A program made the translations under genes and the position numbers. From NCBI GenBank assembly GCA_963833425.1, contig CAWHXP010000013.1:64001-128000 (forward strand): DNA of 64,000 bases, in the 5' to 3' direction. The number at the start of each line of letters is the position of its first letter. Positions within the stretch are counted from its first letter, which is position 1. The notes beneath the pieces are model-generated. The model was not told where the DNA came from. It saw only the letters and a program-made list of their open reading frames with translations, and ran no database searches. Below are positions 58,240 to 64,000 of this stretch, piece after piece. The stretch comes from an uncultured Methanosarcinaceae archaeon (GTDB lineage Archaea; Halobacteriota; Methanosarcinia; Methanosarcinales; Methanosarcinaceae).

Positions 58240-58386
58240 TTTCAGCCTCTGATATTTGGTTGTATAAATGAAAAATAACTAAATAATTACACATAGCTTA
58301 ATACTCGCGCTATAAATTAAACATTCATACTTGATAAATATATTTAGTACATTATTAGGCACTTGAAGATCAGGGTTTGTGGAAAC

Positions 58387-59240
58387 AGTTTCGTTGCAAA
58401 AACTTCAAAAAAATATGTAAATCTATAAGTAATTAATAAAAATCAAAATATTCAAGGAAAATGTATTAACATTATAAAACTATACCAAATAATTGATTAA
58501 TGTATTTGACTTCATTAAGAGCAGAGTAATTTAGATCGATTACTTGTCCTTTTTTGATCATATTTATAGCTTCAATTCCTTTTAAAGTCTTATTAGCAGA
58601 TCGAAAAGACTGAAATCCTAACATTGGATTAACGATTCGCTTTATAGATCTGTGATCTTGTTCTATAATGTTATTCAAATACTTGATTTGTCGAATGCCT
58701 ACGTTTTTTAGGTAGTATTTTATCATTTTTCAGTTTATTTATAGCAGGTGGATAAGCTGGATTTTTATCAACTGTTATTTCTCTTGGAATTTGATTATGA
58801 TTAAAACTCAAAGCTTTCTTAAAGAATCTCTTCGCTGCTTTTCTATTTCGTTTTGAACTTAACATAAAATCGATTGTATCTCCAGTTGAATCAACCGCAT
58901 GATACAGATATTTCCATTTATCTTTTACTTTTATATAGGTTTCATCAACTCTCACGAATAGTTTGTTGGTCTTAAATGTCTTCTTATCTTCTTTTCTATT
59001 TCAGGGGAATATTGATGTACCCATCTCATGATTGTTGTATGGTCGACTTTTACTCCCCTTTCTGCCATCAGTTCCTTTAAATTTCTATAATTTAATGCAT
59101 ATTTTAAGTACCATCTTACATTTAATAGGATAATTTCTCCTTCATAATGCTTCCATTTAAAGGAATTAGATAGCATTTATCATTCTCTTGATTTCCTCTT
59201 TATTTATTGCATATTTCTGATGAATTTTTGCAACAGGACC
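58387..59240 (-). mobile_element. IS6-family element copy 4 (mosaic 5' end; transposase pseudogene 58472-59176)
   Basis: TIRs AGTTTCGTTGCAAAA / TTTTGCAACAGGACC; two frameshifts, including the same A6 as copy 3. Confidence 0.93.
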
Positions 59241-59825
59241 CTGAATTTTCAGTGTCTTCCATCTCGAAGAGAAGAATATCTTCTTCTTAAGGGAGTACAA
59301 TCTTTGGTTGCATTTTGCGAGAACCTGCGAGTAAAATCTGTCTAGGACTTTGTAGGCTGAGAGGAGATCTACATCTAAAAAAATATTTAACATTGCCAGT
59401 CCTATAATTTTTACATTTTAAGAGGAGGGAAATAACCAGTTTGCACATTTGAGGGAGATAAGCAATATACAGGCAACTTTTATAACGATTCAGATAATAC
59501 CTCCGGCCCGATAATAAAATATGTTAGATCTAGCCTGCAGCAGATTTCAACGTTATTGAGTCGATATGATTGATTTCCAGTCCACAAGAAGCACTACCAG
59601 GTAGTGAACCTAGTCTCTGGTAGTACAATATTTAACATAGTGTATCCAATTCGTATCATGAACTGTCATGTCTAAGTAGTACAATTAGAGGTATTTAAAG
59701 GATTGGGAGAACGAAAAATATGCAAGAGAGCTTTCAAATTTAAAGCAAAATTCTACAGAACGAAAAAATTTTCAAATTTAGATGGCGATAAACCTTTACA
59801 TTATGATAGACATAAAAGGACAAAC

Positions 59826-61700
59826 ATGACACGGTACTTTGAGATTGAAAAAAGAGATGGAGCAGCCAGAATAGGGAAACTTTTACTAGTACCCGAACTT
59901 CATACTCCCTGCATTATTAGTGCTTCAGAGCTCGGAAATATTAAAAATCCTGGCTCTATTGTCGATGTAGGTAGCTTTTGGGATATAGAATCCCATGCAA
60001 AGCTTGAAGAACGCGTAAAACAAATCCGGGATAAAACAAAAAATGGGACTCTTATAATCCTGCCGCATCAGGTTTATCCCCCTTATATCCCAATCGGATC
60101 AAGGGGAAAAATAAGAACGTTAACCATTGATTGTGGGGAAAAAACGAAAGGCCCCCTAGGTTCCTTCCTCAGGATAGGTGAAGATATTCAAAAAAGTGAC
60201 ATTTACATAATGGAGGGGGCAGGGATCCTTGAAAACAATGCTCGAAAGTTTCTTGAAACCCTTTTTGAGCTGAAAGATCGTATTCCCCCTGATACAGCAT
60301 TATATGCTCCAAACATAGCACTTCCTGAAAATATAGCAATGTTGATCTATTTTGGAATCGATATTCTGGATGATACCAGGGCAGTAATTGCAGCCTATTC
60401 AGATATTTATGTCATAAATTCAGACAGTTTTCATCTTGAAACCTTGAGAGAATTTCCATGCAGATGCAAGATATGTGTTCACACGAGTCCCGCAGAGCTA
60501 AGAAATCTTCCGAAAAATGATAGAGCAAAATTCCTTATAGCCCACAATAGGAATGCCCTTGAGTCAGAGCTTTCCCTTATCCGTGAAAGAATACGAGCAG
60601 GAACACTTCGGGAATATGTTGAAGGCCAGTGCAGGGTCAAGCCCTGGCTCACAGCTCTGCTACGCCTTGGAGATTGTGAATATTCTTATCTTGAGGAAAA
60701 AATTCCTGCTTTCCGGCAAAACCAGCTCCTTGCAGATACTTCGGAAGCGCTATCTCGAATAGAAGTGACACGGTTTGCGAAGCGTGTACATGACAGATAT
60801 ACGCCTCCAGATCTTGATATCCTACTGATTCTCCCATGTGCAGCCAAAAAACCATATTCAACCTCTCAATCTCATCAGAAATTCATTTTGACCCTCGGAA
60901 AATATCGCAAATTTATCCATGAAATTATATTAACTTCGCCCCTTGGAATAGTGCCCAGAGAACTCGAACTAACATATCCTGCAGCTCATTATGATACTGC
61001 GGTTACGGGACATTGGGAAGAAGGAGAAAAAAGTTGGGTTTCCGGCTGCCTTGAAGCTTATCTCTCAAAATATAGTTATAAGAAAGTGATAGCACATGTA
61101 GAAGGGGGGTACAAAGAAATTTGTGAGAGAGTAGCAAAAAAACTTGAAATTGAAATCACCTACACAGCTAAAAAAAACCTTTTGTCGATAGAAGCTCTTT
61201 CAAATCTAAGAAATGTTGTCGAATCATTTTGCACAGCCGAAGATTTTAGCAAGAAAAGCTCGAGTGCAGAAGAAAAAAAGAAGAATATAATGAAGGCAAT
61301 TGCAACTTATCAATTCGGAGAAGCCGGTAGACTTCTCTTCTATGAAAACGCAGAAAAGCTTGTTGTCAAAGGACATTTCCCAAAGTATCAGCTCTTTGTC
61401 GGGAAAAAACAATTTGCAACTTTAGTTCCACAGTATGGCACGCTTGCACTTTCGCTTGACGGAGGGGGACTTATGTCAAAAAATGAGAAATATGTGGTAA
61501 ATATTGATAATTTTATCCCATGTACTTCCGTTCTTGCTCCGGGAATACTGAAAGCAGATCCTCAAATACGACCTAATGATGAAGTGATTGTTATTGGAAA
61601 TCGAGCCCTCTGCGTAGGCAGGGCACTTATGAGCGGAAATGAAATGACAAAATCTAATAGAGGAGTTGCTGTGGATATTCGGCACACTAAGAAACTTTGA
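59826..61700 (+). CDS. arcS: Archaeosine synthase alpha subunit (ArcS/TgtA2) with PUA domain
   Basis: Start MTRYFEIEKRDGAARIG; CRCKIC, LPCAAKKPYSTSQSH, TSPLGIVPRELE..YPAAHYD, C-terminal PUA domain. Confidence 0.93.
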   Translation: MTRYFEIEKRDGAARIGKLLLVPELHTPCIISASELGNIKNPGSIVDVGSFWDIESHAKLEERVKQIRDKTKNGTLIILPHQVYPPYIPIGSRGKIRTLTIDCGEKTKGPLGSFLRIGEDIQKSDIYIMEGAGILENNARKFLETLFELKDRIPPDTALYAPNIALPENIAMLIYFGIDILDDTRAVIAAYSDIYVINSDSFHLETLREFPCRCKICVHTSPAELRNLPKNDRAKFLIAHNRNALESELSLIRERIRAGTLREYVEGQCRVKPWLTALLRLGDCEYSYLEEKIPAFRQNQLLADTSEALSRIEVTRFAKRVHDRYTPPDLDILLILPCAAKKPYSTSQSHQKFILTLGKYRKFIHEIILTSPLGIVPRELELTYPAAHYDTAVTGHWEEGEKSWVSGCLEAYLSKYSYKKVIAHVEGGYKEICERVAKKLEIEITYTAKKNLLSIEALSNLRNVVESFCTAEDFSKKSSSAEEKKKNIMKAIATYQFGEAGRLLFYENAEKLVVKGHFPKYQLFVGKKQFATLVPQYGTLALSLDGGGLMSKNEKYVVNIDNFIPCTSVLAPGILKADPQIRPNDEVIVIGNRALCVGRALMSGNEMTKSNRGVAVDIRHTKKL

Positions 61701-63429
61701 GCCTTTTGTCTCAACAATTCAATTATTTGTCACAATAATCTCTGAATCCCTTCCTATCTTCATTTCAGAGACAAAACTTGAAGATGATGAAATAAATTTT
61801 CTTATGAACTTTGTGAAAAAGCGACAAAAAAATCAAGAGAACTAACAAGAATAAATATCTTACAACTGTAAAACCAACATAAAGGAAGAACAAAAATAAT
61901 GGAAACATCAGGTTTTTTTAGGAATTCTGTTTTGATAATAAAAAAGACAGTTTGAAGAAGGTACTCAAAGGGCATCCAAATTTTTGTCAAACGCACCTTT
62001 CATTTTCAATAGCTTAGTTTTTCCTAATATCAGACCTAATTGATTAAAGTTTTAATATTTCAATCATAAAAAGACATCAACCCGCTTAGTATCTAGGCCT
62101 TTCTATCCAGCTTATTGTCACCATTTCAAATGTGTGATAGCTACCAAAAATAAATAAGAGATCGGTCACTGATAGGCTCAAGTTAAGGTTCTCATCCGAT
62201 GAAAATGTTGGGAAATCGTATACAGTTAACAGAATAAATGGCCAATTTATTATAAGGTCTGCAGTTCTATTTTATTTTGTTTAATTGCAGCTCTTCTATT
62301 CAATTTTCTATTTTTATCCATTAATATACCTTACATATCTCAAAGATGTCTCAAATAGCCTGAGAATTGTTTATATCTAGCTCAAACAATCCATCTTCTA
62401 AATTAACCTATGAGATGGAAGTTTAGGTAATATCTCAGAAGATACCAATACTATATGAGTAGACGATCAACAGTGAAGAACTAAATTGAATTTGATATAG
62501 AATTGAGATAAAACCAACGCATTTGAATTGAAAATGGTAGCATTAAACCTTTGATGGTCAGAAATACGAATTTTAACTTTCAAGCATACTATCTATGCGG
62601 GAATTCATTTTTTTGAAAATTGGTTTTGTCTCTCAAATTGTGTTGTTAATCTCAATCTAGACTTCTATTGAGCGGCAAAAAGGTTATGTAGAATCTATTG
62701 GTGTGGATCAAGTTAAATTACTAGTTTTGGTGGCATATGCAAAAATACCCATAAATCAAATTAACGAAAATCCAATTATATTTAAAAAAATATATATAAT
62801 TAAGAAGGGGATCAAATGCCTGGTGGAATCACAATCTGAAATGGAATTAATTGGGAATCGAAGCACAGCTGGAGTCAAGAAAAAAGCATCATAAAGTATT
62901 TATCCAACAAGGTAAATTACAATATAACTGACTAATAATTGAAAAACAGAGTATCTTTTAGGATAAATTAAGAAAAATATGGTCAAATTTAATCAAATGG
63001 GAAGTAAACAATCAGGTAGATTTCCTCTTTGTCGTGCAGTTCTACTCTTATCCTTAATAACAAAATTTACGCGTGAAGAAGTGATGAAAGAGATGTTTTT
63101 CTCCACTATTTTGTGAATGAGGGCATAAATACAGAGTGATCAGAGACTTTTCCGCTGACTTGATCATTAAAATGTTTTATCAGGCTAGCAGGGAGGTAGT
63201 GAACCTGATACTTGATTCAGATTCATAGCAGGCTAAAAATGAGTTTATAGGGTATGGATTCTAGATTATCTGGCTAGGTCTAGTAAAGAATGAATTTTTT
63301 CATATCACTTATGAGTGATCAGTCAATCATTATGGGAATTAATAACTTACTTACCTCTATTTATCCAGTCAATCAGAAAATCAACCCAAGATACATCAAA
63401 ATAGTGTGAACAGACCAGGTGAATAGAAA

Positions 63430-64000
63430 ATGTTGTACAGAAAAATGCCTAAGAATGAAGACGAAATTTCTGTATTGGGATTTGGGTGCATGCGCTTTCC
63501 AGTTAAAGAAGATGGGAGTATAGATGAAAAAAGAGCCACTAAGCAGATACGCTACTCAATCGATCACTGAGTCAACTACATCGACACGGATTGGCCGTAT
63601 CATATGGGACAAAGTGAGCTTTTTTTGGGGCGACTCTTGCTGACGTATACCGCGAGAAAGTTAAACTTCTACAAAACTTCCCAGCTGAATGGTGGAAAGC
63701 CGAGAAGATATGGACCGTTTCTTGAATTCTCAGCTGGAAAAGCTCAATACCAATCATATTGACTATTACCTCCTCCACGCTCTCGTTGGTGAACTGTGGG
63801 ATAATGTTGAAATGCTTGGTGTAATTGATTTCCTTGATAAAGCCAAAAGTGACGGCCTAATTGTCAACGCAGGTTTTTCTTTCCATGGATCAGCTGACGA
63901 TTTCAAACGGATAGTGGACGCCTATGACTGGGACTTTTGTCAGATCCAGTACAACTTCCTGGACGAAAAAACCAGGCATGTACCGAGGGTTTGGAATATG
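63430..64000 (+). pseudogene. Aldo/keto reductase, disrupted, runs off window
   Basis: [24 protein letters not shown]...IDH*VNYIDTDWPYH, HIDYYLLHAL, GFSFHG, WDFCQIQYNFLD, with TGA and frameshifts. Confidence 0.88.

Noticed and set aside
59703..59825. N-terminal extension of ArcS given in the ORF track
   Set aside because: Family similarity begins at ATG 59826; the upstream TTG frame looks like open intergenic DNA.
1..64000. tRNA or rRNA genes
   Set aside because: No GC-rich cloverleaf or rRNA-like tract seen by eye; a tRNAscan-SE/Infernal run would be needed to exclude them fully.

Overview
AT-rich euryarchaeal DNA whose housekeeping proteins look like those of a Methanosarcina-type methanogen; the taxon is inferred from protein family resemblance only. 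Intact core genes are dadD/mtaD (partial), archaeal SAM synthetase, purA, a PfkB kinase, an ABC-2 exporter, argS, aRF1, TYW1, PolD small subunit, Sec11 signal peptidase, dinB and ArcS. They sit in a low-coding-density background of about 20 pseudogenes and IS relics: TnpB, IS21, two IS5 types, four IS6 copies and three MITE families. The main leads are: (1) a 1003-codon GH31 gene with the alpha-1,4-glucan lyase-type WQDMT motif, broken only by one in-frame amber codon, inside an IS6 island; (2) an intact fusion of a Cys-rich ArsR-like winged-helix regulator with a QueG/reductive-dehalogenase-like Fe-S domain; (3) a decayed ahcY within an otherwise intact SAM-cycle cluster, with a TnpB right end 20 nt upstream of dadD; (4) reciprocal mosaic IS6 copies suggesting an inversion with gene conversion; (5) a duplicated 26-codon 9-bp-periodic element; (6) two dispersed upstream motif families. 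No rRNA, tRNA or CRISPR array was found. All calls were made by eye, without database searches, and relic boundaries are approximate.
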